Source: Bugula neritina
Lineage: Eukaryota; Animalia; Bryozoa
Reading direction: 5' to 3'
DNA: 64,000 nucleotides
Assembly: GCA_964035545.1 (NCBI GenBank)
Contig: OZ037766.1
Span: 20,510,767 to 20,574,766 of the forward strand
The position numbers and the translations under genes were made by a program. The notes beneath the pieces were generated by a model that saw only the letters and a list, made by a program, of their open reading frames with translations, was not told where the DNA came from and made no database searches. How positions within the stretch are numbered: position 1 is the first letter of the stretch; every line of letters starts with the position of its first letter. Below are positions 41,201 to 57,541 of this stretch, in pieces.

Positions 41201-43349
41201 ATGTCCAGAATATTCTGGTAGTGCCGGCCAACTATTTGGGCATGAAGTCAATATGGCACCATACTGTTGTTCCTTCCCAGAATTTTCAAGGCCAATCACC
41301 CTCTCACAGTCTCCCAAATGTCATCCACCAGTTTCGCCACTACTTAAACCATCACTACTTATCCCACCGGGAATCCAACTACCATCGCCACCACCAGTTA
41401 CTTTACCACCACACCCGCCACCACCACTTGCTTTACCACTACATCCACCACCACCACTTGCTGTACCACCACACCCGTCACCACCACTTGCTTTACCACC
41501 ACACCTCCTACCAATTGCTGTACCACCACACCTCCTACCAACTCCTCTAGAATCACAATTATCAGTTCAGACTCCTCCTCCAGCAGCACCATTAGAACTT
41601 CCGTTTCCTGCTTCCTTTTCCTCCCACAGTCAAAACCCGTTTGCTGCTTTGCCATGCAGGCCGCCTCCGTTCTCACCAAGCATGTTACCACCAGTATCTT
41701 CCAGTCACCCACCAAACAACACATCCCCACAGTTGAGGATGCCTAGCTGCCAACCTCTGGTGTGTGTTGTGTTGTGTTAGGTATTGTGTGCATGCTGCGT
41801 TGTATGTATGTTGTGTGTATGTTGTGTGTATGCTGTGTGTATGTTGTGTGTATGTTGTGTGTATGTTGTGTGTATGTTGTGTGTATGTTGTGTGTATGTT
41901 GTGTGTGTGTGTTGTGTTTTGTGTGTGTTGTGTTTTGTGCTTTGTGTGTGTCTTTTAAATATTTGGTTATAATAATGCTTTTAAAAAAAGTATCACCTGT
42001 CAAATAGCATGATAGATGTTATGTTTGCTTTTAAATGTTTCAAATTGAGTTGATGTGTTGATAAATCTTATGCAGTAAAAATGTTGTATTTGACTATTCT
42101 CCCTGCATGCACACATGTTATATAGTTTTACCAGGAATACATTGTTCCTCCTCCCCCTTTATTCAACACCCATGACTCAGCCAATCACTGTCAGAGAACC
42201 CATCTCATTCTTGGAGGTGATGAGTCAGACAAGACAGCTACTGTGAAAGAGATGACCAGTGGTCAGTCCGGGACACACACTGCTGCCGCAGTCACTTCCC
42301 AACCACTACTAGCTAATCACCAAGATATTGTTTCCAGCATTGTCTCTCAGGTGCGTTTCAAATAATATGTTATTGTAAATTTTTAAACAGCCTACCATAT
42401 ATCCTACATCAATGATCAAATGTTTCTATCAGCATAGCTACCCTATATAATATAGGGTATGTACATGCTTTACACATTTAACAAAATGAAATAAGGTAAA
42501 GTTTGAAGATTGTAGTCACTGAGCACTTTTTCTTCCAACAAAGGAAATCTCGCATCTTAGTAAACAATAATATAGATGCTGTGTTGGTAAAATTAACACA
42601 TGTACATATGTAGGTTGAGTGTAATTATATAAACTATCTGCACATAACTTCAAGGAATTTCATTTCCAATGGCTGCAACCCAATTTAGCATAATGAATTT
42701 ACAGCCTTAATCTGTAGCAGTAGAAATATGTTATAATGAACTCCACAAAATTATTTTAGCTAGATAATATTAAATAATTATAAGATATTCACTATGATTA
42801 TTTGGTCAAATTATTATTCAGAAAGAAGATTAGAATTACATTTGCTGTTTACTCGTTGGCTAACGAACTATAAGTTAGTATTAATAGTTTGCTCAATTTA
42901 ATTTAAAAACATTGTGTCTATTATTATAATTGAATGAGTATCTCATATGATCTAATGTAAATAGGTATTACTAATAGTATAAGTATATAAAATTATAACA
43001 AAATATTTGAACATTTAGGTCTTTAGTGGAGTGTTCAGTTGGCAGTGTGTAGTGCCAGAGTCCCACCGCTGGAATAATTTAACTGTAGCGTGAAGTTGAA
43101 GATTACTTAAAATATAAATGCATGTAGGTTATAGAAAAACTTGGAGTTAATAAGCAAGTTGTGGAGAGCAAGGCTGTGTCAACACAGAATGTTGATGAAG
43201 CAGTGCCTCCCACTACTTCTGTTCACCCACCACCAGGCAATACTGGGAGCACTTCTTTAAACACATCCACAGCTAGTCATGAGGGCTTGGTAGAAAATGT
43301 AAATAATGCCACTTCCCAGTTTTCTAATTGAAATTTTATGCAATAATTG

Positions 43350-43440
<91 letters not shown>

Positions 43441-43818
43441 TTATGATTATCGGCAAGTCTGCAAGAATAATATGAAATGAAGGCAGTACCTAAAATGTTG
43501 CTGTTAGCATGACATGCAGCTGAGCAATTAGTGCAATCAGTGTTTCTGTGTATATTATAAAAACAAAATAACAAAATAACATAGGGCAATAAAATATCCT
43601 CTAATAACATACTGTAATATAATACCATGTTAGAGTGATATGAGTATATTGTATATGTATAATATACTAATAGAAGCTCACTTTGCTAATAACTACTATG
43701 GATGTTCTAGGTGCTGTCAAGTCCTACTTTGTCATCACCTAGCGCTAGTGTTGGTTCAAAAAGAAGTTTGGATGGAACTAGCACCAAATCAGAAAGTATT
43801 ATAATAGTTGACAAATAG
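38279..43818 (+). CDS. Uncharacterised proline-rich, low-complexity protein (about 530 aa, 7 exons)
   Basis: Exons 38279-38500, 39092-39295, 39842-39960, 41201-41759, 42126 (or 42135)-42350, 43128-43289 and 43711-43818 all have GT-AG ends and join in one open frame. No recognisable domain. Confidence 0.72.
41385..41545 (+). repeat. Coding tandem repeat, about 30-nt unit, encoding PPPPLA(L/V)PPH
   Basis: About five CCACCACCACTTGCTTTACCACCACAC-type units. Confidence 0.85.
41760..41950. repeat. (GTTGTGTGTAT)n minisatellite and TG-rich tract
   Basis: 11-bp unit repeated directly after the exon 4 donor. Confidence 0.9.
43354..43436. repeat. (TA)n microsatellite
   Basis: Pure dinucleotide run. 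Confidence 0.98.
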
Positions 43819-45997
43819 AATACTGGAGCCATTTTCATAATTGTTCAATTAAGAAACATTAAACACAACGAAATACTTGGGATTATTGCTTCTTGCTGAA
43901 AAGTAATTTCCGTGTTTTTATGATATTTTCCGCTAATTACAATAAAGGTAAAATGCGCTTATTGTAATGTTTTATTATACTTTGCACTGACAATAATGGC
44001 AATAACAAAAATACGTATTTTTTAAAATATGCAACAAATGTGATTTGAAGCTCAATTATTTTATCCAGAACTAATATTCTGTGCATGATCTTTAAATAAG
44101 TATATAGAATGCACACATTATTATGTAATCAACAACAAGTTTCTGTTAATGAGCACTTTTGATATATATAATTCAACACATCTTTTAACTATGCTTTAAT
44201 AAAAGGAACATGACTTAATTTGGTAAGTAAAAATTTACTGTTTTTGATAGCACTATAGTTTTAACAGAACTTACTTGCATAAAAAGTTCTCTGATTATGA
44301 ATAAAAATAATTTTGTTCTTAACTCAAATGCCAGATCAAAACTATAAGCTCAAGCTAAGCAAAAATTTAAGTTTCTCTCAACAAGTACAGCAGCTGCTTC
44401 GAGATTTATGAGTCAGTTAGTACAGAATATGCTGCACAGAAAATTAAGCATACGCTTGACATAGCGTAACATTTTGTCGTAATGTACATGTCATCCTGAT
44501 ATTAGATGTCTTACAGGGCTGGCAACAGTGTCATCTCTTAGCAAAAACTGCTTTTATACTTTTTGTGTCTTAAATAGTGTAGAGATACTAAAGCAAATTA
44601 AGTTGAAAGCATGTAATAAGCTCACCATGATATTGCAAGAAGTTTTCCTGTTATATAATTATGATAACAAATAGGAACCAGTTTTTCAATTAAGTCAGTT
44701 ACCTGCTATATAGGTATATAGCACTTGAGCTGTCAAATGAAAATTTCTATTTTACTAGCAACCAGATTGCAGCATATTACATTAAATCATAGTATAATAT
44801 GATGTATTATGATGTAATAAGCATTTTTTTAATTATTGCAGTCAACACAACTTATATTTTTTTCCTATCTGCTTCAACAAACGTTTCTCAATAAAGTTCC
44901 ATATTATAAAAACACTCATTTTTGCTTTTCTTCTAAAGTTACCATCTATGTCAGCCAAAATAAAATACACACTTACTTTGTTTACTTCAACACTGATTGA
45001 ATATGCCAGATATGTTTATTTTTAAATTGGGATTAAATTTCACCAAATATATCATTATCAGAGCTTAAACAAAATTATAAAGTAGAAAACTGTTTGTAGT
45101 GTTTGTCAATTTGAATCCCATGTGTTGTTGACTTTTTGATAATTCATTGATAAACACTCATAATCTTGTTGGTAGCTCAGTGATAATATTATGCTTATAT
45201 TGTATAGTATCGGTAATGCTTTCAAGGAGTACCAAATGTTTATGCATACACTCACTTTTGTATCACATCATAAAGTATGAAAGCTGTTGCAAGCACATAA
45301 AAGAGAAGAGTGGCTAGATACTTTATTGTGAGCATATGGGATATATTGATGAGTGAAATTTTGACTGCAACTTTCAATTTATCACAACATATGCCATCAC
45401 ACAAAAATATAATTATTATCATTAGGCTTGAAATATTATAATATAGTCAAAGCTATTTTTAACTGCTAACACAAAATGTTTTTCAAGCATTTGATTATTC
45501 TTTACATGACTAACATGGATCATCTTTAACAAGACCATTAACCCTGAAACCCCAAATAATACTGTTTATTTTATAAAAGTTATATAAAAATTACAGAAGT
45601 TGTATTAGAAGATGCATTAGTATGAAGATATTTGAAAAAGAAGCATTAGGTTGATTGTGTCATGAAGTAACTCATGATCTGTATGAAGCTAATGTGGTGT
45701 TTGATGCTCCATTAAAAGTAGTAAAGCAATAATGTTTTGTAATTGATTAAATTACTATAAATTCAGTAGTGATGCAGTTAAACATTATGTTACTTTTAAA
45801 ATATAGAATGAAATTATAGTGAAAAGTTTTGTTTACCTTGAAAATTTATGCCAGATTTTGTTTTAGTAATATTGACATTGGCAAAGTTGCATCAATCAAA
45901 TAAATTCATAATTTACTGATGAAAATAAAAGTTATCTGGCAATAACCATTTCTATTTAAAGCAATGCCTCATGTTCATCGTTTCTCATCCACATAGC

Positions 45998-48889
<2,892 letters not shown>

Positions 48890-51667
48890 TTTGTATCCTT
48901 CCTAACAGTCAATACAAGTAGAGTATAAAGAATCACAGGGTCAGCATAGTCTAGTACTGGTTTGCTGAATGATAAACAATGTTTATATAGTGATATAGTT
49001 ATATAGTTGATATACTTTGATCATATGATTTAAGATGTTTTTGTCTTGTGCATTTACATAGATTATAAGCTGTAAACCTATGTCTATGCTGGCAGTGAAA
49101 GTTTTCATGTTGATGTTATAAGCCCCTATATATTGAGATTTACATCAGTCTGTGTGCACTACTTTGATCTCAGTGCATTGCCACCATCAACAGCCCAGCA
49201 AGCGAATAAAATATCTCAGTAGCCTACTTATTGCACCCTAGTATTTGTTTTATCTCTAAAGAAGTCTCTCATTGGCTAGATGGTTGCTTAAATTTATAAA
49301 AAAAGCATAAGAAATAGAAATTTGACTGTGATTTTCTATCATTTATCAAAATGAAATTTTCAATTTCAGAGCTAATAAAAATGTATTGACTGCTTATAGA
49401 AATAGCCATTACAGCATGCTATAGATAAGGCAATAACTGCTTTCTTTTTGAACTGATATGGTACAAGATAGTGTAACTCTAGATAAGTTAGTATAATACA
49501 AAATAAACTATTCAAAAACATTATTTAGTTCATGGGTCAGCAAAACGTATCAGCAAAAACTCTCAAATAACTAAAATCAAACCAGTTTCCTGATTGCTGG
49601 AGGATGTGACATTATCAAAACCAAAAGCTGCAGAATCCTCTCAAACTCATTCTTATAAAAATACTCTCTAGATATCAACAATGAATCAGACAGAGACTTC
49701 CCTGCCTCAATCTGCATCTGCTAGAAAGTATTTGATGTTTCTATTTCACTATTATAGATGTAATTGATTAAAATTCACACATGAAGTTAATACTGGAGGC
49801 ATTCACTAAACTTGTTTTGCAAAAATTTTAAGATGTTATTCTAATTTTTTTCAAACATAAAAATATAATTCTTAACATTTTTACAGCTGAAGCTACCACT
49901 AATTAATTAAATTAAATACTTATAGATTATAATAGATTCATAAATATCAAGTAAAAGAAGAAAATAGTAATTTTTTTCAAATATTGTACTCACATGGGTG
50001 TTACAGAATTAGAGGCTTTTATTAATTGATTTACATTATTTCATAGATTCTTTCTAACTGACAGCTAAAGCTCGTCAAAGCAAATTATTGCTATATTTAC
50101 TAAATTGCTTTTCGTTCAACAATGGGATTGTATAACTACCTGTAAAAATGTCATTGGATAGCCAATAATTGTCCTTGACCTATCATGGTATTTAAAAATA
50201 TTTCAATGGCATTCTGTCACTCCCCACTTCAACTGAATAAATACTGCATCTTCCTTTTATCATAAACAACTACTGAACTTTAGAAATTAAAATACTTGGT
50301 TCCTATGCTACATGTTTACTACTATTCACAACTTTTTATGAACTATAAATATTCTAAATAAGTTGGTTTTACAGCAACATGATAGCATAGTTGAACTTAT
50401 CCAATGACTTTACGAAATACTTGTTAAGGCCAGGTAAACATAAAAATAGGTGTTATTTCATGGTCAGACAATTTCTCATTATGAAAGTATATAATTGTGC
50501 TATTCAAAGAGTTGCAACTTTAGACTCACAGCTCTTCAGCTAATGTAAAAATTTGACACAATTTTACACAGATGCCTGACTTTTTAAACCTGTTTCTCAA
50601 CGTTTTGTTTAAATTTTTCATCTAAAGCCTTTCTAAATATGTTTTGTGTCAGTTAAGTTCTATTGAAAAGTTGGTGTATCATACTAACTTTTTTTGATGG
50701 AAATGATAAAGCTGGAGCATAGCATTAATTTATTCTAGCTAAATATTTCCAAAAAGCTAGCTATAAAGCTAACCAGTAGCAGAAAGCTTAAAAATAATAG
50801 CTACACCAAAGGATAGTGTTCATTATTCAAAGCTGCTTCAGAGTGTCACTACGTTCTTTGGCTGCTTGTTCAAACTTGTGAAGTACACATCTGCTAACTT
50901 ACTCTACCAGGATCTGCATCTGTATCTATTGTGGTGAGTAAACAACTTGGTGTAAAACATTTGTGAATTTTTTTACCAAAAACTATCTTGTGCTATGAAT
51001 ATAACAAGCATTGTTGTAGATTTTACAACAGGTATGGCAAGAAGAAGTAGTTTACTGGTCAAAACATTGATATATTCTTTCATTTGCTATATTTAAAGAC
51101 AACATTTTCCACACTCTAAACAAATGCAACTAATTCATTTACTTTGAGCCTAATACTCGCATAAGTTTTTTTCTGAAACAGGAAGTAGCATTAGAAAACA
51201 AAACTTGATGAAATTATTTCTTTTGTTTTTTTACTGTGACAAGAATCTGCTATGCTAGCCTTTATTTTTACATCTCTTAGTAAAATTAGCTTTTACTTGA
51301 CAATTCTTTAGCAGCTTATATTTGCTTGTTACTATTATCAAAACTATAATTCAGAAATGATTTGTGAAATAATTTATAGTAGCAAAATTATAGGTGTAAT
51401 AATTTTTATGACTATTTATTCTTTACAGCCCTTAAGCTGTGCCTATTTCTTTATTGTTTTTTATAGCGAAAATATAAATATTTTTTTTATAACTATAGAT
51501 GTGCAAGTCTATTTTGATGAGAAAGTTTCAAAATAACTATTTGTCTTTTGTAGCTGTAATTCTCCCCCAGAGAGAAAATTTGATTACGTATAAGAAAAAC
51601 TATCTCTATAGCAAAGTATACTAGGCAGTGGCACAACTCTAAAGTATAAGCTGAAGAGAATACTAAC

Positions 51668-51931
51668 ATGTCTACCAATTATTACCACAAGACTCCGGGA
51701 GAAAACTCTCATAGGTCAAAAATAAGGAAGATAACTCCTTACCCTGATGGTAGAAATGCTAAATTTGCCGGTGCCAAGTTCAATGATCCACCATCACCAA
51801 AATGTCTACCAAAACCCCCCAAGCACTGGTTACAGAATATACCTTCTACTAGTGAAAACTCAAAAGCCTGTGAGTCTATGAACCATGTGATAGCTGCACA
51901 AATTAAAGAAATGTTAAAGATACAAGGCTAG
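51668..51931 (+). CDS. PNRC-family protein (proline-rich nuclear receptor coactivator / mRNA decapping coactivator), copy 1, 87 aa
   Basis: FAGAKFNDPPSPKCLPKPPKHW and C-terminal QIKEMLKIQ match the PNRC1/PNRC2 signature [22 protein letters not shown]...QLKTLLKVQ. Splice acceptor at 51553, AATAAA near 52614. Confidence 0.88.
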   Translation: MSTNYYHKTPGENSHRSKIRKITPYPDGRNAKFAGAKFNDPPSPKCLPKPPKHWLQNIPSTSENSKACESMNHVIAAQIKEMLKIQG

Positions 51932-52794
51932 TGGTTTTTACAGAGAACCTGCATATTCTATTCATGCACAATCTCCCAGTTCATATATTCTGCTATAGAA
52001 TTTATAGCTGTCAGCTTGATACTAGATACTATTTCAGAGAAATATTGCATCTTTCAAGTAGCATTATAAAGCAATGCCAAACAATTGTATCTAAAGTTTC
52101 AATTACATACTGTGATTGTAACTTTTTCTTCTAGTAGAGATATCCAGAATATACCATAATATATTTACTAATTTATACCAATCATTATATATTTCTAGTG
52201 CTCTTTGGATGCATGATACAATGTGAGTATTTTAATTCATATTTTGTCATGATTGGTATTTTATTGTTTTTTTTGTATAATTTTCATCTTTTTACCAAAA
52301 CATTTATTTATGAAACTCTTGTACAAATTTATATCATAATTCTAAATAATTAAATGCTATTTGTATTTTTGCATAAACACAGTTGTGCTAATATTGCTTT
52401 CATTTCATATCCTATTTTATATCATGCATAGTACTCTAGTATTTACATGTCTCCTAATTATACTAGCATTTTATTACTATGTGTACGAAACCACCTTTGT
52501 ACAAACGGTATATATATATATATTTGCTACATGTAAATATATTTCAATTTAATATAGAGTAGATATTTTGATTGTGTAATTATAGAATAACGTGGGTATA
52601 TTGTAATATAATGAATAAATTTTTCCAAATAAATACTATATGCAGATATTTATATGATGATATAGTTGTTTTTAATTATTATTCTTGGAGTCACTTGAAC
52701 TTTCTAACCTGAGTTTACACACTTGTTAAATGTGTTTTGATAAAAAAACATATAGTTTCTCTATTGCGAAGATGTTAGTCATGGCACTCTGTTA

Positions 52795-52828
52795 AGTGCT
52801 GACGAGGGGACAAACCCTGAAACAGCTG
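52795..52828 (+). ncRNA. Degenerate minimal hammerhead ribozyme core (Penelope/retrozyme type), copy 1
   Basis: CTGACGA - stem II GGGG/ACAAA/CCCT - GAAA - palindromic CAGCTG. The cleavage triplet and 3' strand of stem I are missing. Confidence 0.5.
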
Positions 52829-53622
52829 CTATCATTCATCTCATTATCATACATATAATATAATAACTATAAAACAACAAAATAACCTTTAGCTCAATAT
52901 CATGCAATCCTTTACTGTGCTACAAGCTATTCAAGACAACCCTGTGCTCTGGCTGCCGATATTTTAAAAATTCTACAGCTTTCCCATGGAATATGACTAA
53001 AATAGTTAGCAATCTCATGTTAGTTTAACACACAAAGTGAGGTTCAGCATTCACCCAGTCCAGAAGCACATAGACTGTTCACTCATGCATACAAGTTGAC
53101 AAAGAGAAGGCAATACTAGCCTTGTGCTCAAGATGGCAGTCATTGAAATACCTCAGTGAGGAAATTGGCTCTATAATATATACATGTAAGATTCTGTGTA
53201 CAAAAACCCATTAATGGTCATCCACGAAGCTACACTACCTTACTGTGCCAATGTTTAGTAGTATTTAGGTGGTGATGAGTACTGAATACAAAACAAAGTG
53301 ACAGACTGGATCAAGAAGAACACTCATCAGACTGTCTGCCTAATGTGTGCTCAGTCTATGCATGTGTCTCAGAATACACATATTTATGTACATTAAAAGC
53401 ATGCGTTTGCAGTTGGAAAGACAAATACTAAAGTAACAGCATCAAGGATGATTAAGGAAAAATAATAGTAGAGACATTGTAATTTAATTCATGTCAACGT
53501 AATACAGAACTGTATGAGAGTTACAAAATGAAAAGCCCAGGCTTCTTCTTAAAGTCTCTCTCTCTCTGTTAGAAATGTCTTGGTAAATTTATCGAGCTAA
53601 GGACTTGTTTTATTCTGTCAAA

Positions 53623-53723
53623 GGAGCAATTATGACTGAAAAGGCCTTCCTGACATCCCCTTTTCTAGGATTTGAATCAATGATCTAATGTTTACTCACA
53701 CAACTTTCTAACCACTAGAGCTA
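53623..53723 (-). mobile_element. tRNA-derived SINE, degenerate (copy in unit 1)
   Basis: Minus strand reads TAGCTCTAGTGGTTAGA...GATTCAAATCC...GTCAGGAAGGCC..CAGTCATAATTGCTCC; same family as 9170-9288. Confidence 0.65.
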
Positions 53724-55577
53724 TAAACTAAGTGAACTTTTTAATTCTTTCAGTATGATAGCTAATTTTTTAAGATTCAGGTGGCTGAAAACTTAAAAAT
53801 TGGTAAGGACAATTTTTTGCAATAATAGATGAATCCTCAGCACCCCTAGAATAAAATAACTTTGCAAAATTCATAGCATTTTAATAGAGTTCAAAAGAAA
53901 CCATAAAAGCAAGCTATATATATAACAAGTTATTTTTTAATTCAGCTGCTTAGTGAAATGATGATTAAAATGTATTCTACAATTGCTAAATATAAAATAC
54001 CAGAAAGTGTGTCAATCAGCAATTGACTGTATAGTTACTGATTTTTTGTTTTATATAATAAACCTATTCAGTTATATGTTTGAAATATGACAAAATTAAG
54101 TATACAAATATAATTTGCTTTTGAACATGCTACAATTATTTTTTATTGCAGCTATTCTTTTTTTGCAAAAACTTATATTAGCCGTTTTAAATTTGCTGAT
54201 TTGAATTCTAGAAAAGAAGTAAGATTCCTCAATGCAATTTAGTTTAAAAAGGGGCACAACTTCTTTTTTGTTGCAATTAAATTATTATAATAATATATGA
54301 ACCAGACCTCCAGTGCTGCTCCAGTATTTTTAAAAGCCACCATTTATATACAAATTTAAAGATAATTTGGCATTTGCATCTTTTAAAAGTCAATAGCTGT
54401 AAATTATCACATCTTGTGAGCAGAAGATGGAGATTTTAGGTCTAATAGGTGTAGAAACATAGCCCCATAGTATGTCAAAAACCTTTACCCTAGCAGGGAA
54501 AAATAGGCATGTTTAGTACAAATTTTTTATCTAAAGCCTTTCTAAATATGTTTTGTGTCAGTTAAGTTCTATTGAAAAGTTGGTATATTACACTAACTTT
54601 TTTTGATGGAAATGATAAAGCTGGAGCATAGCATTAATTTATTCCAGTTAAATATTTCCAGAAAGCTAGCTATAAAGCTAACCAGTAGCAGAAAGCTTAA
54701 AAATAATAGCTACACCGAAGGATAGTGTTCATTATTCAAAGCTGCTTCAGAGTGTCACTACGTTCTTTGGCTGCTTGTTCAAACTTGTGACGTACACATC
54801 TGCTAACTTACTCTACCAGGATCTGCATCTGCATTTATTGTAGTGAGTAAACAACTTGGTGTAAAAAATTTGTGAATTTTTTACCAAAAACTATCTTGTG
54901 CTATAAATATAACAAGCATTGTTGTAGATTTTACAACAGGTATGGCAAGAAAAAGTAGTTTACTAGTCAAAACGTTGATATTTTCTTTCATTTGCTATAT
55001 TTAAAGATAAAGTTTTCCACACTCTAAACAAATGCAACTAATTCATTCACTTTGAGCCCAATACTTGCATAAGTTTGTCTCTGAAGCAGGGAGTAGCATT
55101 AGAAAACAGAACTTGAAATTCTTTTTTTTTCCATCTTTTTTACTATGATAAGAATCTGCTATTCTAGCCTTTATTTTTACATCTCTTGGTAAAATTAGCT
55201 TTTACTTGACAATTCTTTAGCAGCTTATATTTGCTTGTTACTATTATCAAAACTATAATTCAGAAATGATTTGTGAAATAATTTATAGTAGCAAAATTTT
55301 AGGTGTACTAATCTTTATGACTATTTATTCTTTACAGCCTTCATGCTGTGCCTATTTCTTTATTGTTTTTTATAGAAAAAATATGAGTATTTTGTTTTAT
55401 AACTATAGATGTGCAAGTCTATTTTGATGAGAAAGTTTCAAAATAACTATTTCTCTTTTGTAGCTGTAATTCTCCCCCAGAGAGAAAATTTGATTACGTA
55501 TAAGAAAAACTATCTCTATAGCAAAGTATACTAGGCAGTGGCACAACTCCAAAGTATAAGCTGAAGAGAATACTAAC

Positions 55578-55841
55578 ATGACTACCAATTATTACCACAA
55601 GACTCCGAGAGAAAACTCTCATAGGTCAAAAATAAGGAAGATAACTCCTTACCCTGATGGTAGAAATGCTAAATTTGCCAGTGCCAAGTTCAATGATCCA
55701 CCATCACCAAAATGTCTACCAAAACCCCCCAAGCACTGGTTACAGAATATACCTTCTACTAGTGGAAACTCAAAAGCCTGTGAGTCTATGAACCATGTGA
55801 TAGCTGCACAAATTAAAGAAATGTTAAAGATACAAGGCTAG
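55578..55841 (+). CDS. PNRC-family protein, copy 2 (FAG to FAS variant), 87 aa
   Basis: Differs from copy 1 at four nucleotides: S2T, G11R, G35S, E63G. Confidence 0.8.
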   Translation: MTTNYYHKTPRENSHRSKIRKITPYPDGRNAKFASAKFNDPPSPKCLPKPPKHWLQNIPSTSGNSKACESMNHVIAAQIKEMLKIQG

Positions 55842-56717
55842 TGGTTTTTACAGAGAACTTGCATATTCTATTCATGCACAATCTCGCAGTTCATATATTC
55901 TGCTATAGAATTTATAGCTGTCAGCTTGATACTAGATACTATTTCAGAGAAATATTGCATCTTTCAAGTAGCATTATAAAACAATGCCAAACAATTGTAT
56001 CTAAAGTTTCAGTTACATACTGTGATTGTAACTTTTTCTCCTACAGTATCCCCAAATTTTAGTGGAGATATCCAGCTAGTAATATATTTACTAATTTATA
56101 CCAATCATTATATATTTCTAGTGCACTTTGGATGCATGATACAATGCGAGTATTTTAATTCATATTTTGTCATTATTGGTATTTTAATGTTGTTTTTTTT
56201 GTATAATTTTCATCTTTTTACCAAAACATCTATGAAAATCTTGTACAAATTTATATCATAATTCTAAAGAATTAAATGCTATTTGTGTTTTTGTATAAAC
56301 ACAGTTGTGCTAATATTGCTTTCATTTCATATCCTATTTTATATCATGCATAGTACTCTAGTATTTGCATGTCCCCTAATTATACTAGCATTTTATTACT
56401 ATGTGTACGAAACCACCTTTGTACAAACGGTATATATATATATATATGCTACATATAAATATATTTCAATTTAATATAGAGTAGATATTTTGATTGTGTA
56501 ATTATAGAATAACGTGGGTATATTGTAATATAATGAATAAATTTTTCCAAATAAATACTATATGCAGATGTTTATATGATGGTGTAGTTGTTTTTAATTA
56601 TTATTTTTGGAGTCACTTGAACTTTCTAACCTGAGTTTACACACCTTTTAAATGTGTTTTGATAAAAGAAACATATAGTTTCTCTATTGCGAAGATGTTA
56701 GTCATGGCACTCTGTTA

Positions 56718-56751
56718 AGTGCTGACAAGGGGACAAACCCTGAAACAGCTG
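56718..56751 (+). ncRNA. Degenerate hammerhead-like core, copy 2 (CTGACAA core mutation)
   Basis: Duplicate of 52795-52828 with an additional G-to-A change in CUGANGA. Confidence 0.35.
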
Positions 56752-57541
56752 CTATCATTCATCTCATCATCATACATATAATATAATAACTATAAATCAA
56801 CAAAATAACCTTTAGCTTAATATCATGCAATCCTTTACTGTGCTACAAGCTATTCAAGACAACCCTGTGCTCTGGCTGCCGATATTTTAAAAATTCTACA
56901 GCTTTCCCATGGAATATGACTAAAACAGTTAGCAATCTCATGTTAGTTCAACACACAAAGAGAGGTTCAGCATTCACCCAGTCCAGAAGCACATAGACTG
57001 TTTACTCATGCATACAAGTTGACAAAGAGAAGGCAATACTAGCCTGTGCTCAAGATGGCAGTCATTGAAATACCTCAGTGAGGAAATTGGCTCTATATAT
57101 ACATGTAAGATTCTGTGTACAAAAACCCATTAATGGTCAGCCACGAAGCTACACTACCTTACTGTGCCAATGTATAGCAGTATTTAGGTGGTGATGAGTA
57201 CTGAATACAAAACAAAGTGACAGACTGGATCAAGAAGAACACTCATCAGACTGTCTGCCTAATGTGTGCTCAGTCTATGCATGTGTCTCAGAATACACAT
57301 ATTTATGTACATTAAAAGCATGCGTTTGCAGTTGGAAAGACAAATACTAAAGTAACAGCATCAAGGATGATTAAGGAAAAATAATAGTAGAGACATTGTA
57401 ATTTAATTCATGTCAACATAATACAGAACTGTATGAGAGTTACAAAATGAAAAGCCCAGGCTTCTTCTTAAAGTCTCTCTCTCTCTGTTAGAAACGTCTT
57501 GGTAAATTTATCGAGCTAAGGACTTGTTTTATTCTGTCAAA

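Noticed and set aside
41221-42007. His-rich, Val-rich and Cys/Val-rich ORFs
   Set aside because: They are alternative frames of the proline repeat and the intronic 11-mer; only the Pro frame fits the exon phases.
51493-52552. ORFs flanking PNRC (51493-, 51931+, 52361+) and their duplicates
   Set aside because: AT-rich UTR or antisense sequence, conserved only because the duplication is recent; indels change them between copies.
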